In this document: positions 45,222-54,728 of the stretch, piece after piece
Position numbering within the stretch: the first letter of the stretch is position 1
How the letters are laid out: every line of letters starts with the position of its first letter
Assembly (NCBI GenBank): GCA_964392085.1
Contig: CAYMOV010000002.1
Location: forward strand, 27,314 to 91,313
Reading direction: 5' to 3'
Length of the DNA stretch: 64,000 nucleotides
Origin: an uncultured bacterium
GTDB taxonomy: Bacteria > Oederibacteriota > Muellerivitia > Muellerivitales > Muellerivitaceae
Position numbers and translations under genes: made by a program
Notes under the pieces: model-generated
Databases searched by the model: none
The model's input: the letters and a program-made list of their open reading frames with translations, nothing else
What the model was told of the DNA's origin: nothing

Positions 45222-45246
45222 CTTGCTCAAGCGTCACTTGAACCCC
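45222..45246. other. Perfect 10-bp-stem hairpin CGTCACTTGA-ACCCC-TCAAGTGACG abutting the stop codon of the minus-strand dehydrogenase gene
   Basis: Exact inverted repeat with no adjacent U-run on either strand. Contains the CTTGAA/TTCAAG motif that recurs in the island. Confidence 0.45.
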
Positions 45247-46200
45247 TCAAGTGACGGGTGTGAGTGGCTCTTTCCCGCTTAAAACCAGGTCGATGTTCCG
45301 AGCGGCCAGGAGGGCCATCGTATCCCGGGTCTGGACCGTCGCGCTTCCGATGTGGGGCAAAAGGGTCACTCGATCCGAGCGAAGGAGACGGGGATCCACT
45401 TGGGGCTCCTTTTCGTAGACATCCAAACCTGCGTAAAAGGGTATTCCCTCCCCCAAGGCCCGGGCGAGGTCCTTCTCGATATGGATGGGGCCACGGCCGG
45501 TGTTGATGAAGACCGCCGTGGGTTTCATACGTTTGAAGTCCCGGTAGGTGAAACGGCCCCGGGTTTCCGGGGTCAAGGGCGCCGTGACGACCAGGAAGTC
45601 CGACTCCTGAACCAGCCGGTCGAAGGGGACGAACCGGGCTCCCAAAAGCCTTTCCAACCGGGGATCCAAACGGCGCCGGTTGTGGTAGATCACCTTCATG
45701 TCCCAGCCCCGACTCCTCCGGGCCACGGCTTGGCCGATGCGGCCGCATCCATAGATGCCCAGGGTCTTCCCTCGGAGATCCAATCCCAGGAGCATGAGGG
45801 GGTGGGTGCCCTTGAACTTTCCGGACCGGACCAACCGTTCCCCCTCGGGGATCCGCCTGGCGCAGGAAAGCAACAGGGCCCAGGTCAGGTCCGCGGTGGC
45901 GTCGGTCAGGACCTCGGGGGTGTTCGTGACCCGGATGCCCAGTTCCCGGGCCGCGGCCAGGTCGATGTTGTTGAATCCGACGGCGAAATTGGCGACGACC
46001 TTGAGGGCCCGGCCGGCCCGCAGGACCCGCGACGTCAGGGGGTCCGCGAGGGTTGTGAGGAGGCCTTGGTAGGGGCCGATTTTGCGGGTGAGCTGGTCCT
46101 CGGTGAGCTTCTTCTTGTTCCAGGTGACGGAATAGCGCCGCCGGAGGAAGGCGTAAGCGACTTGGGGGATCTCGTAGGTGATGAGGACCGTGGGTTTCAT
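45247..46200 (-). CDS. D-isomer-specific 2-hydroxyacid dehydrogenase (glyoxylate/hydroxypyruvate reductase-like)
   Basis: NAD-binding GIYGCGRIGQAVARR and catalytic His region LPHIGSAT. The start MKPTVLITYEIP is at 46200. The ORF is open further upstream but that extension is Arg/Pro-rich junk. Confidence 0.8.
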   Translation of the reverse strand: MKPTVLITYEIPQVAYAFLRRRYSVTWNKKKLTEDQLTRKIGPYQGLLTTLADPLTSRVLRAGRALKVVANFAVGFNNIDLAAARELGIRVTNTPEVLTDATADLTWALLLSCARRIPEGERLVRSGKFKGTHPLMLLGLDLRGKTLGIYGCGRIGQAVARRSRGWDMKVIYHNRRRLDPRLERLLGARFVPFDRLVQESDFLVVTAPLTPETRGRFTYRDFKRMKPTAVFINTGRGPIHIEKDLARALGEGIPFYAGLDVYEKEPQVDPRLLRSDRVTLLPHIGSATVQTRDTMALLAARNIDLVLSGKEPLTPVT

Positions 46201-46241
46201 GGCTTGTTTATAACAAAGGAAGGGATCCGGGCCAAGGGCCG

Positions 46242-47177
46242 TTATTCGGCAGCCAGATGGGCCCTGGCCGCGGTGAGCTCCGCTTCCTTCACGGCGGTCA
46301 ACTTGGGGAATTTGAGGCCCAAGGACCGGATGGTGTCGGTCAGGATGTCGGCCACGAGGGTCCGGGCGGCCCATTTGTGGTTGGCGGGGATCACGTACCA
46401 AGGGGCCCACTCGGTGCTGGTGGCGGAGAGGGCCTCCTCATAGGCCTTCATGTAGTCCTTCCAATAGGCCCTTTCCCTCAGGTCATTGGCCGAGAACTTC
46501 CAATGCTTGTCCGGATTGTCCAGGCGGGCCATGAACCGGTCCTTCTGCTCCTTCTTGGAGATGTGGAGGAAGAACTTCAGGACGAGGATCCCATTGCGGA
46601 CCAGGTGCTTCTCGAAATGCCGGATGTCGCTGTAGCGGGATTTCCAGAAATCGGTCTGCCGTAGGACCGGGGGGACCTTTTGGCTTTCCAGGATGTCGGG
46701 GTGGACCTTCACCACCAATACGTCCTCGTAATAAGACCGGTTGAAGATCCCGATGCATCCGCGCTCCGGAAGGGCCTTCATGTAGCGCCAGAGGAAGTTA
46801 TGGTTGATCTCGAGGGCGGAGGGCTGCTTGAAGCCATGGACCTGGCAACCCTGGGGGTTCAACCCGGTCATGACGTGCTTGATGAGGCCGTCCTTGCCGG
46901 CCGCGTCCATGGCCTGGAGCACGATGAGGATGCCGAAGGTGTCGCTGGCCCACAACAGCTCCTGGGCCCCGGACAGGTTCTCGAGGTTCTTCCGGAGGAG
47001 CCGTTTGGCGACCTTCTGCACCCGTTCTTCGCCGTACCGGTCGATCAAGTCCTTGCTGGAGGACCAATCGGGGTCGTGGTCCTTCAGGGAGAGGGCTTCC
47101 CCGGGTTGGACGAAGAATTGTCGGTGGAATTTTCGCAGGACCATCGGGGCGCCTCCTGGGCGGCGGTAGCATGCCAT
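46242..47177 (-). CDS. ppk2: Polyphosphate kinase 2 family (polyphosphate:nucleotide phosphotransferase)
   Basis: Walker A-like LIVLQAMDAAGKDG, lid and Walker B regions, and the C-terminal WAPWYVIPANHKWAAR typical of PPK2. The true start may be the internal Met (MVLRKF...). Confidence 0.8.
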   Translation of the reverse strand: MACYRRPGGAPMVLRKFHRQFFVQPGEALSLKDHDPDWSSSKDLIDRYGEERVQKVAKRLLRKNLENLSGAQELLWASDTFGILIVLQAMDAAGKDGLIKHVMTGLNPQGCQVHGFKQPSALEINHNFLWRYMKALPERGCIGIFNRSYYEDVLVVKVHPDILESQKVPPVLRQTDFWKSRYSDIRHFEKHLVRNGILVLKFFLHISKKEQKDRFMARLDNPDKHWKFSANDLRERAYWKDYMKAYEEALSATSTEWAPWYVIPANHKWAARTLVADILTDTIRSLGLKFPKLTAVKEAELTAARAHLAAE

Positions 47178-47228
47178 AAAGGGGTCGGGAAGGAGGCGGG
47201 TCCGGCGGAATTAACCCACTATTTACAA

Positions 47229-48380
47229 TCAGGTTTCCGGGATCCGGGTTTGGGCGTCGGGGCGGGAGGTCAGGCCGCCGAGGCGGTCCTCCAGCTTGTC
47301 CAGGTCCCGTTGGGACTTCTCGTAGTTCTGCCGGGCGTGGCCCAACTGGCTCCCGAGCTTCTCGAAGCTCTCGCGGAAGGCCCGGAGGTGGCCGTCGAAC
47401 TGCTGGAGGTGCTCCAGCACCTCCCGGGTGTGGGCCTCCAATTCCAGGCCCTTGAGGCCCAGCAGGATGACCTGAAGGTAGGCGTAAAGGCTGTTGGGCG
47501 AGACCGGGATGACCCGCTTTTCGAGGGCGGTCGCGTTGATCGAGGAACCGTCCTCGTCCCGCAGGATGACCTCGTAATAGACGTTCTCGGCCGGGATGTA
47601 CATCAGGGCGAAATCGTAGGTGTTCTCCGCGGGGCGGATGTATTTGGAGGCGATGTCGCCGATGTGCTTCTCGACGTCCCGGGAGAACTCCCGCCGCCTC
47701 TTTTTCCGCTCGGCCTCGTCCGTGGTTTCCAGGACCCGCTTGAAGTTTTCCATGGGGAATTTCGAGTCGATGGGCACCAATCGCCCGCCCAGGAGCAGGG
47801 CCGCGTCCACCTTCAGCCCGTCGGAGAAGCCGTATTGCAGGTGGATGTGGGCCGCCGGGAGGAGCTGTTTCAACAGGTCGCCGAGGAAAAGCTCGCCCAG
47901 CCCGCCCCGCAGTTTCGGGGTCTTGAGGATCTCCTGGAGCGAGGCGATGTCCTTCCCCACCTCATAGATGCGCTTTTGGGACTCCTCCAGCTGGGCCAGG
48001 CGGTTGGTGACTTCCCGGACGGCCACGGCGGCGCCGTCCAGGCGCTTCCCCACGGAATCCTGGGTCGTCTGGAGGGTGCCGGTCTGTTCCTTCAGCCGTT
48101 CCTGGATCTCGGACCGCACCTGGTGGAGCTGGGTCTCGACCTGCTGGGAAAGGCGGCCCGTGGAGTCCATCAGGGATTGGGTCAGGTTCTGGGAAAGGCG
48201 GCTGGTCTCCCCCCGGATCTCGGTGAGTTGCTGTTGGATCAGGGGGATCGCGTTGTTGGGCTCGGCCGAGGGGCTTGAGGGCCGAAAGAATGCCCAAGCC
48301 AGGGCCGCGGCCATGCCGACGACCAAGAGGAGGAGGATCCAATCCAGGGGTGTCATGGGGGTATTAAAGCATAAACCCAT
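47229..48380 (-). CDS. rmuC: DNA recombination protein RmuC
   Basis: N-terminal TM, a long coiled-coil (QQLTEIRGETSRLSQNLTQSL...), and the conserved RmuC C-terminal nuclease-like domain (FALMYIPAENVYYE). Confidence 0.8.
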   Translation of the reverse strand: MGLCFNTPMTPLDWILLLLVVGMAAALAWAFFRPSSPSAEPNNAIPLIQQQLTEIRGETSRLSQNLTQSLMDSTGRLSQQVETQLHQVRSEIQERLKEQTGTLQTTQDSVGKRLDGAAVAVREVTNRLAQLEESQKRIYEVGKDIASLQEILKTPKLRGGLGELFLGDLLKQLLPAAHIHLQYGFSDGLKVDAALLLGGRLVPIDSKFPMENFKRVLETTDEAERKKRRREFSRDVEKHIGDIASKYIRPAENTYDFALMYIPAENVYYEVILRDEDGSSINATALEKRVIPVSPNSLYAYLQVILLGLKGLELEAHTREVLEHLQQFDGHLRAFRESFEKLGSQLGHARQNYEKSQRDLDKLEDRLGGLTSRPDAQTRIPET

Positions 48381-48473
48381 GGGACGTAGAGCCGGGATTC
48401 AGGGCCTGGGCAATGGGTAAAACGAAAATGCCGCCTTCCCCTTGGGGGAAAGGCGGCATGGCTTTTCGGGGCA

Positions 48474-49211
48474 TCAGGCCTGGGGCGCTTTGTGGTGTTT
48501 CCTGGTGCGTTTCTTTTTCTTGGCCGTCGGATGAGACGGTCCCGGCGTGTCGGTCGGGGTGACGGTGACCTCGGGGCTCGATCCCGGGGTGGCGTCCGGC
48601 GTGATCGTGCCGGTGGGGGTGGCCGTTTCCTGGGGGTTGATCTTGGCCCAAGTGCGCTTGATCCAGCTCGGTCCCGGCGTGGGGGTTGGGGACGGGGTCG
48701 GCGTGAAGGTGGCGGCCATCCGGTAATCGCTTACCAGCGAATGCTCGAACCCGCCTTGGTCGATGGACTCAACCACGTCCACCACCAGGGACCATTCGCT
48801 TTGGGGCAGCTTGAAATAGGTGCCGTAAAGGGCCAGGTGCTGGCCCGGCCGCAGGCCCTTGAGTTCGGATTGGTCGCCCAGGGCCGCCCGGAAGAGGAGG
48901 ATTGGGAAGGAATAGCGGATGTCGTCGGACGGCTGTTCCTTCAGGGAGAACTTGATCACGTTGAACTCGCGGTTGTTCAGGCCGATTTCCTTCAGGCGGG
49001 CCTGGTAGGTATAGAGGGGCTGCCACTGGTTGTCGACGTACCAGCCCTCGAAACGGATTCGCCGCCCGTTCTCGATCAGGTTGTAGTTTTCCCGCAGGAA
49101 GCTGAGCTCGACCTTCTCATAGCCCTCGAAATAGAAATCGGGGGCGGCTTTGGCGAAAAGCGCCGGCGCGGCCATGAAGGCCAGGGCGATGACGGTCAGG
49201 AATTTCCTCAT
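48474..49211 (-). CDS. Secreted hypothetical protein with Thr/Pro-rich linker and Lys-rich C-terminal tail
   Basis: Signal peptide MRKFLTVIALAFMAAPALFA. TFTPTPSPTPTPGPS...TATPTGTITPDATPGSSPEVTVTPTDTPGP. Ends AKKKKRTRKHHKAPQA. Confidence 0.5.
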   Translation of the reverse strand: MRKFLTVIALAFMAAPALFAKAAPDFYFEGYEKVELSFLRENYNLIENGRRIRFEGWYVDNQWQPLYTYQARLKEIGLNNREFNVIKFSLKEQPSDDIRYSFPILLFRAALGDQSELKGLRPGQHLALYGTYFKLPQSEWSLVVDVVESIDQGGFEHSLVSDYRMAATFTPTPSPTPTPGPSWIKRTWAKINPQETATPTGTITPDATPGSSPEVTVTPTDTPGPSHPTAKKKKRTRKHHKAPQA

Positions 49212-49891
49212 GCGGGCGTTTCCTCCCAGGGTTTAAATCGATAGCTCCACGGGTTCGAGGACCGGACCTCGACCTTGTCCCGGGCCCAAATCGATTCGGC
49301 CCTCCGGGGTTCGACCCAGGAAGGGTAAAGCTCCAACAAGGTGCCGGGTTCCAACCCCAGGCTGTGGCGAAGGCGGTCCTGGATGAAGTTGCAGTCCTCC
49401 AGTTGGATGGGGCCCCTCGGGGCGGGTCCTCCCGCCCCCAAGACCGGTAGCCAACGCCAGACCAGGGTGTAGCAGCGTTTCAACCCCGGGAGGTAAAGGA
49501 ACTCGCAATCCACCTCGGGCTCCGGGTCCTTCGCGGCTTCCGCCCCGTTCAGCCGGACTACCCGGTCTTCCCCGCCCAAAGCCGATTCGAACCAGCGCTC
49601 GTGCTTGCGGAGAAAATCCGGATCCAGCGCTTGGGTAGGTTCCAGGAGGCGGTTATAAACGCTGAAGATCCTCTCGGAAGCTTCCTCCGGGTTCAACAAG
49701 GGCATCATGGTCCGAAAACGCCGGGTGAGCCTAGCCACGGACTCATCCGGCAGCGACCGGGACAATTTGAACAATTCTCCGGCTTGGCGAACGGCGCACC
49801 GGACATAAAGAAAAGCGTGGTTTCGGGATGGGCCTGGGGAGGCGTGAGAGTCCGCCGTCAGGTCCGGGTAGGCGAGGCAAGGGGCGTTCAA
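49208..49891 (-). CDS. Hypothetical protein (227 aa), no recognisable domain
   Basis: ORF with GC3-typical coding bias. 4-bp overlap with the downstream gene suggests co-transcription. Confidence 0.4.
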   Translation of the reverse strand: MNAPCLAYPDLTADSHASPGPSRNHAFLYVRCAVRQAGELFKLSRSLPDESVARLTRRFRTMMPLLNPEEASERIFSVYNRLLEPTQALDPDFLRKHERWFESALGGEDRVVRLNGAEAAKDPEPEVDCEFLYLPGLKRCYTLVWRWLPVLGAGGPAPRGPIQLEDCNFIQDRLRHSLGLEPGTLLELYPSWVEPRRAESIWARDKVEVRSSNPWSYRFKPWEETPA

Positions 49892-50148
49892 GGGGTCTCC
49901 CGGGGTCTAAAATGTTCGCACATTATAACGATTGCCGGTGCCCCTCCCAATGGAAAAAACCTCGGGAAAACCAGGCGGGAGCCTACGGAATGGGCCTGGT
50001 AGGTGGGTTGGGTGGGGCATTGGTTCAGGAGCCGAGGGCTGGATGGGCCTAAAAATGCCAATTCAGTGGGTTCCGGCCGTAAATGACGTTAGGTCTCGAA
50101 ATAAAAAACCCCGGCCGGAAGGTCCGGTCGGGGCTTGGGGCACTCGAA

Positions 50149-52167
50149 TTAACGGAGAACGCCGACCCAGATCCCAGAGGTAGTCGACCATCCGGAAAAG
50201 GGTTGGGGATACCACAGCCCAGGGGATCCCAAAAAAGCGATCTTGACCCCATCCGGCGAGAGGGCCGGGGCATGGTGTCCGAATTGGGGTTGGATAAGGG
50301 TGGCGCTGGTCCCCACGTTGACGTCTAAGACCCGGATATTCCGGACAGGGTTGACGAAAAAGTGGGTCCATCGGGGAGTGGTTTCCTGGAAAACCAACTG
50401 TTGTCCATCAGGGGTCCATGCCACATCGCTTATCTCACCGTAGGTCGAATATACATCCTTGGCCATTTCACCATCCGTCAGGACGGCCCAGATGTCGGTC
50501 GTTTTCCCCGTTTTGACGGTATAGGCCAACCGGAAATTATCCGGGGCCGCGACCACCAGGTTGATTCGTGAGACTTCCCTCGTTTTGGGCTTGGCCTGAA
50601 TCTTCAACTTGGCTTCGACGCTCGAAAGGGCTTGTTGGCCCTCGGGGGTCAGGTTGGACTCGTCATTCGACTGTTCGGGCCGGCCAACCACGGTGATCTT
50701 TTTGGTGGCCAAGTCCATTGTGCAAACAACCGGGTGTTCCAAGTCTCCGCCCACCCAGGTAATTTTCTTGCCGGCGTCGAACCATCCGAAAGACTTCATG
50801 GGCTTCGGGTCCCGGTAAAGGACCAGGGGCTTACCCCCCTTCAAGGGGTCCACGGTCCGGACCTCGTAATCCTCGCCGACCCGGGTCCCGTAAAGGAATT
50901 TCCCCGTGACGTCGGACCAAGGCTGGCCCTCTTCCTCGGCTAGGACGCCCTCCCGGGTCAAGGGCTGGGCTAAACCGGATTCGGTATCGACCCGATACAG
51001 GTTTCGGACGCCCTGAACGGTGAAGTCGGCCACCAGGCCCTTGCCCCCCAAAACGAAGAGCGGACGGAATTTGCTCTCGCCGGCCGGCACTGAGAGGGGA
51101 TGATCGGCCTTGGCCGGATCGAAGACCAAAAGGTCCCAACGCTTTTCGTTCAACTGGGCCAGTGCCAAAGTCTTGCCATCGGGCGAGTAAGTGAGGCTCG
51201 AAAGCTCGCCCTGGACGCTCTTATAGGCCGGCCCCAAATCCACCAACTTCAGCGTATGGGCGCCTGGCCGCAACATGCCGATGGCGGGCGGAATGAGGAG
51301 CAAAACCGTGAGCCCCAGGAACAAGTAGCGGAATTTCATCCGCCGCGGGGAATCGTCGGACGAGGAGGTCAGGAGACTTGCGATGGCGCAGATGAGGGCA
51401 TAGAAACCCAGGATCATGGAGGGGAAAAGCTCCTGCCCCGCGGACCAGAGGATGAAGGACATGGCCGCGATGGCGATGGCAATCATGGCCATGATCCGTC
51501 CTGCGTTGTCGGGGAACCGGTGGGAGACGTAAGCCAGCATGAACCAAACCGCATACCCAATGATCACCAAAAGGAACGCGATCATGCTCACCAAGCTTTC
51601 CACGGGAGGCCATCCCCAATGCACGAACGGGATGGTGTGGAGGTCGACGCCGAGGAGGTAGACGCCGATTGAGTACAGGATAAAACCCTGGACCGCCAAG
51701 AGGGAGATCTTCCAACCGTGGGCGTCCTTGCGGTCCTTCATGACGCCGATTTCATAGGTGCGGCGGGTCATGCCGCGGCTATGGGCGATCGCCAGGAAAC
51801 CGAACCCGGCGAACAAATGGGCCAGGAAAGTCCCGTAGGCGGGGACGTTTTGGATCCATCCCAAGAAACGGATTTTCGAGAGGATGCCGTTGAGTTGGGG
51901 GATCAAGGACAGGAGGGCGAGAAGCAACAATCCCAATCCGGTCAGGCCCCAGACCAGGGTGGCCATCCAGGAAGGCGGATCGGGGATATATCGAGGCTTC
52001 GGGGGCGCGATCGTGGCTTGCGTGGAGGCTTGGCGCCGTCCCCTCGTGGGCCCTGACCCGGGACCGGTCGCGAACTTATTGGGTGCGGCCCCGGCGGAGG
52101 GCTTGGCTTCCTGGTGGGCATCGGCCAGGGAGCTCAGGTCGTTCATCATCTGGGAATCATCAGCCAC
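50149..52167 (-). CDS. Polytopic membrane protein fused to a C-terminal TolB-like (PD40/WD40-type) beta-propeller domain
   Basis: About 8 TM helices in the N-terminal about 300 aa. C-terminal repeats with SPDGKTLA, TPDGQQLVF and SPDGVKIAF, the PD40 signatures of TolB-like propellers. Confidence 0.6.
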   Translation of the reverse strand: MADDSQMMNDLSSLADAHQEAKPSAGAAPNKFATGPGSGPTRGRRQASTQATIAPPKPRYIPDPPSWMATLVWGLTGLGLLLLALLSLIPQLNGILSKIRFLGWIQNVPAYGTFLAHLFAGFGFLAIAHSRGMTRRTYEIGVMKDRKDAHGWKISLLAVQGFILYSIGVYLLGVDLHTIPFVHWGWPPVESLVSMIAFLLVIIGYAVWFMLAYVSHRFPDNAGRIMAMIAIAIAAMSFILWSAGQELFPSMILGFYALICAIASLLTSSSDDSPRRMKFRYLFLGLTVLLLIPPAIGMLRPGAHTLKLVDLGPAYKSVQGELSSLTYSPDGKTLALAQLNEKRWDLLVFDPAKADHPLSVPAGESKFRPLFVLGGKGLVADFTVQGVRNLYRVDTESGLAQPLTREGVLAEEEGQPWSDVTGKFLYGTRVGEDYEVRTVDPLKGGKPLVLYRDPKPMKSFGWFDAGKKITWVGGDLEHPVVCTMDLATKKITVVGRPEQSNDESNLTPEGQQALSSVEAKLKIQAKPKTREVSRINLVVAAPDNFRLAYTVKTGKTTDIWAVLTDGEMAKDVYSTYGEISDVAWTPDGQQLVFQETTPRWTHFFVNPVRNIRVLDVNVGTSATLIQPQFGHHAPALSPDGVKIAFLGSPGLWYPQPFSGWSTTSGIWVGVLR

Positions 52168-52196
52168 GGTATCCTCCTGGACTTGGACGGACCGGC

Positions 52197-53165
52197 TTAA
52201 AACGCGCGGTAATCGATCTGCATGTTCCCGAGCCGCCGCACCGCGACGCCGCCCGGCACCATCGAGTCGAACAACTCATCCCATTTCACCGGCCGATCCT
52301 GGCGGATCTTCGGGTCGCCTTTGAGGCCCCCCAGGTCGGCCGCCAGCTTCACGGCGTCGTAATAATTGCCGAGGGAGTCGATGAAACCCTCGCGGAGGGC
52401 CATGCGGCCCGTGAAGACGCGGCCGTCCGCCCATTGCTTGACATGAGCCCTCACTTCGGCCGTGGTGACCTGGGAGGCCTTCTTGCCGAGACGCTTGGCC
52501 AGGATGGCCTGGAAGGCGGCCTTGCGGCCTGACACCACATCCTCGACGAACTGGTCGAAGACGTCGTTGATGGTGGACTGCATGTAAAGGCGCTCGGCGG
52601 GGGTCATGGGCCGGTCGAAGTTGCCCGTATCCTTGAAGGTCCCGCTCTTGATGGTCTCGAACCTTACACCGACCTTCTTCAACAGGGCGGAGGCCTCCGG
52701 CCATTGGGCGATGACCCCGATGGACCCAGTCACCGAGCCGGGATTGGCGATGATCCGGTCGCAGGCCGAGGCGATGTAATAGCCCCCTGAGGCGCAAAGG
52801 CTGGAAACGCTGGCGATGACGATCTTCTTGTTTTCTTCCCGGGCCCGTTTGATTTCGGTGTAGATCTCCTGGGAGGGCGCCACCCCGCCCCCGGGCGTGT
52901 TAAGGCGGATCAACAGGACCTTGTTGTCGCTTTTACGGAAACGTTTGATGCGACGGACGGTGTCGTCGCTGCTCTCGATGGGCCCGTCGATCTCAAGGAG
53001 CGTGATCTCACCGCTGTCCGAGAGCATGGTCATGGGTTTTCCCATGATCCGGTGGAAGGCCCAAAAGGCCACGGCCAGGCTGAAAAGGAAGAAGAACCCC
53101 AAAATCCCCAGGAGGATCCAAAGGGAGCGGTTCGATTTAGGCTTGTTTTCCGTAAGGGTGGTCAT
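52197..53165 (-). CDS. sppA: Signal peptide peptidase SppA (S49 family, 36K type)
   Basis: N-terminal TM. Catalytic Ser region GSVTGSIGVIAQ and the Lys region of the S49 fold. 322 aa. Confidence 0.8.
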   Translation of the reverse strand: MTTLTENKPKSNRSLWILLGILGFFFLFSLAVAFWAFHRIMGKPMTMLSDSGEITLLEIDGPIESSDDTVRRIKRFRKSDNKVLLIRLNTPGGGVAPSQEIYTEIKRAREENKKIVIASVSSLCASGGYYIASACDRIIANPGSVTGSIGVIAQWPEASALLKKVGVRFETIKSGTFKDTGNFDRPMTPAERLYMQSTINDVFDQFVEDVVSGRKAAFQAILAKRLGKKASQVTTAEVRAHVKQWADGRVFTGRMALREGFIDSLGNYYDAVKLAADLGGLKGDPKIRQDRPVKWDELFDSMVPGGVAVRRLGNMQIDYRAF

Positions 53166-53249
53166 AGGGGACTCATGATAACAACCCCTTAAATCGTTCG
53201 CAATTGAAAGGGTTTTGATCTTGGGCCTGGGTACGGGGGCCTCCAGGGC

Positions 53250-53696
53250 TCAATCCCGCCAGTTATTCCCCAAATACAGGCAGGGTCCCGTCCAGCCGGC
53301 CTTAAGACCCTCCAGGACCTCGGTTTTCACGTTGGGATAGACCGGAAGGCCCGGCAAATCCCCTAAGGGATGGAACTGGGCCCCTTTGAGGACCCGGTCC
53401 TGGGTGACCCGGATCTCCGGTTTGTCGCAGGTCACAAGGAAATAGAGGTTCAGGACCTGCCGGTGGCGGTCCGGCGGGATGGAGTCGTGGACCAAGACGA
53501 TCTTCCCCGCCTCCACCTCCAGGCCCACTTCCTCCCGGAATTCGCGCTTCAGGCCCTCCTCGGCGGTTTCCCCATAGTCCACTCCCCCGCCCGGGAGGAG
53601 CCAATAGGATTTTCCGTTCTTCTCATGACGGACCAGGAGGATTTTACCTTCCCGGACCAGGATGCCCGCGGCTCGGATTCGGATGTGGTTGGTCAT
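53250..53696 (-). CDS. NUDIX hydrolase
   Basis: Nudix box GGGVDYGETAEEGLKREFREEVGL. Start overlaps the miaA stop. Confidence 0.8.
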   Translation of the reverse strand: MTNHIRIRAAGILVREGKILLVRHEKNGKSYWLLPGGGVDYGETAEEGLKREFREEVGLEVEAGKIVLVHDSIPPDRHRQVLNLYFLVTCDKPEIRVTQDRVLKGAQFHPLGDLPGLPVYPNVKTEVLEGLKAGWTGPCLYLGNNWRD

Positions 53697-54643
53697 ACGG
53701 GTTCCTCGGGTCCTGGGTTTCCGGCTTGGAGGATATTGTAAAGGGCTTCGGCCGCTTGGGCCGAGGTTTCAAAACGATCCAGATCGAACCACCGGGTGCC
53801 GTGGTGGTGCCGGAACCAAGTCATCTGCCGTTTGGCGTATTGCCGGGTTCGCCGGTACATCCGTTCCAGGGCTTCGGGTTCGCCCAGCCGGCCCTCCAGG
53901 AAGTCGGCGGATTCCTGGTAGCCGATGGCGCCCCAAAGGGACGCCTCCCGGGGAACCTTGGCTTGGATCAAGTCCTTGGTTTCGTCCAGCAACCCACCCC
54001 GCCAAAGGGCCTTGGTCCTTATTTGTAGGGCTTGATCCAATCGGTCCCGGGACCGTTCCAATCCCAACACCAGCGACACCAACGGGTCTTGGACCTGAGG
54101 GACGGTCTGGGGCGGGGACAGGCTCTTCTCCAGGGCCCGGCTGATGCGCTTGAGGTCGTTCGGGTGGATCCGTTCCGCGGCCTGGGGGTCCCGTTCGCGC
54201 AGCCAACGGAGCGAGCCCTCCGTCCCCAACCGCCGGGTCTCCTCAAGGACATGCCGCCGTGTCTCCGGGTCCGGCGCCTCCCCGGGGGGCGCGCCCTCCA
54301 AAAGCGCCTGGAGGTAAAAACCCGATCCACCGACCACCAACATCTTCCGGCCCTCCCGGCCGGCTTGATCCAGGAGGGCTCGGGCCTCCAGGGCGAAATC
54401 GGCCGCGCTCCAAGACTGAGTCGCGGGGTCCCGGGACGAGATGAAGTGGTGCGGAACTTCGCGCATCCACTCCGCCGGAGGTTGGTTGGTCCCCACGGTG
54501 ACGCCCCGGTAGATCTGGAAAGCGTCGGCGGAAAGGATCTCGGCGTTGAGAAGTTTGGCCAGGTGGAAGGCGACCTCTGACTTGCCGACGCCGGTGGGAC
54601 CGACGATACAGATCAACTTGGAATTCATAATTTTATAATTCAC
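53693..54643 (-). CDS. miaA: tRNA dimethylallyltransferase
   Basis: P-loop IVGPTGVGKS and SADAFQIYRG. 316 aa. The start may be at MNSKL, 5 codons downstream. Confidence 0.85.
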   Translation of the reverse strand: MNYKIMNSKLICIVGPTGVGKSEVAFHLAKLLNAEILSADAFQIYRGVTVGTNQPPAEWMREVPHHFISSRDPATQSWSAADFALEARALLDQAGREGRKMLVVGGSGFYLQALLEGAPPGEAPDPETRRHVLEETRRLGTEGSLRWLRERDPQAAERIHPNDLKRISRALEKSLSPPQTVPQVQDPLVSLVLGLERSRDRLDQALQIRTKALWRGGLLDETKDLIQAKVPREASLWGAIGYQESADFLEGRLGEPEALERMYRRTRQYAKRQMTWFRHHHGTRWFDLDRFETSAQAAEALYNILQAGNPGPEEPV

Positions 54644-54728
54644 AATTCAAAATGTGAAATCGGATTTGAGCCTTGTTGATTATGTTTTCATTGTTCATTT
54701 TACATTATCCATTATTCATTTCTTCGTT

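Noticed and set aside
46680-48278. 532-aa plus-strand ORF antisense to rmuC and PPK2
   Set aside because: Shadow ORF. The RmuC and PPK2 homologies on the minus strand are clear.
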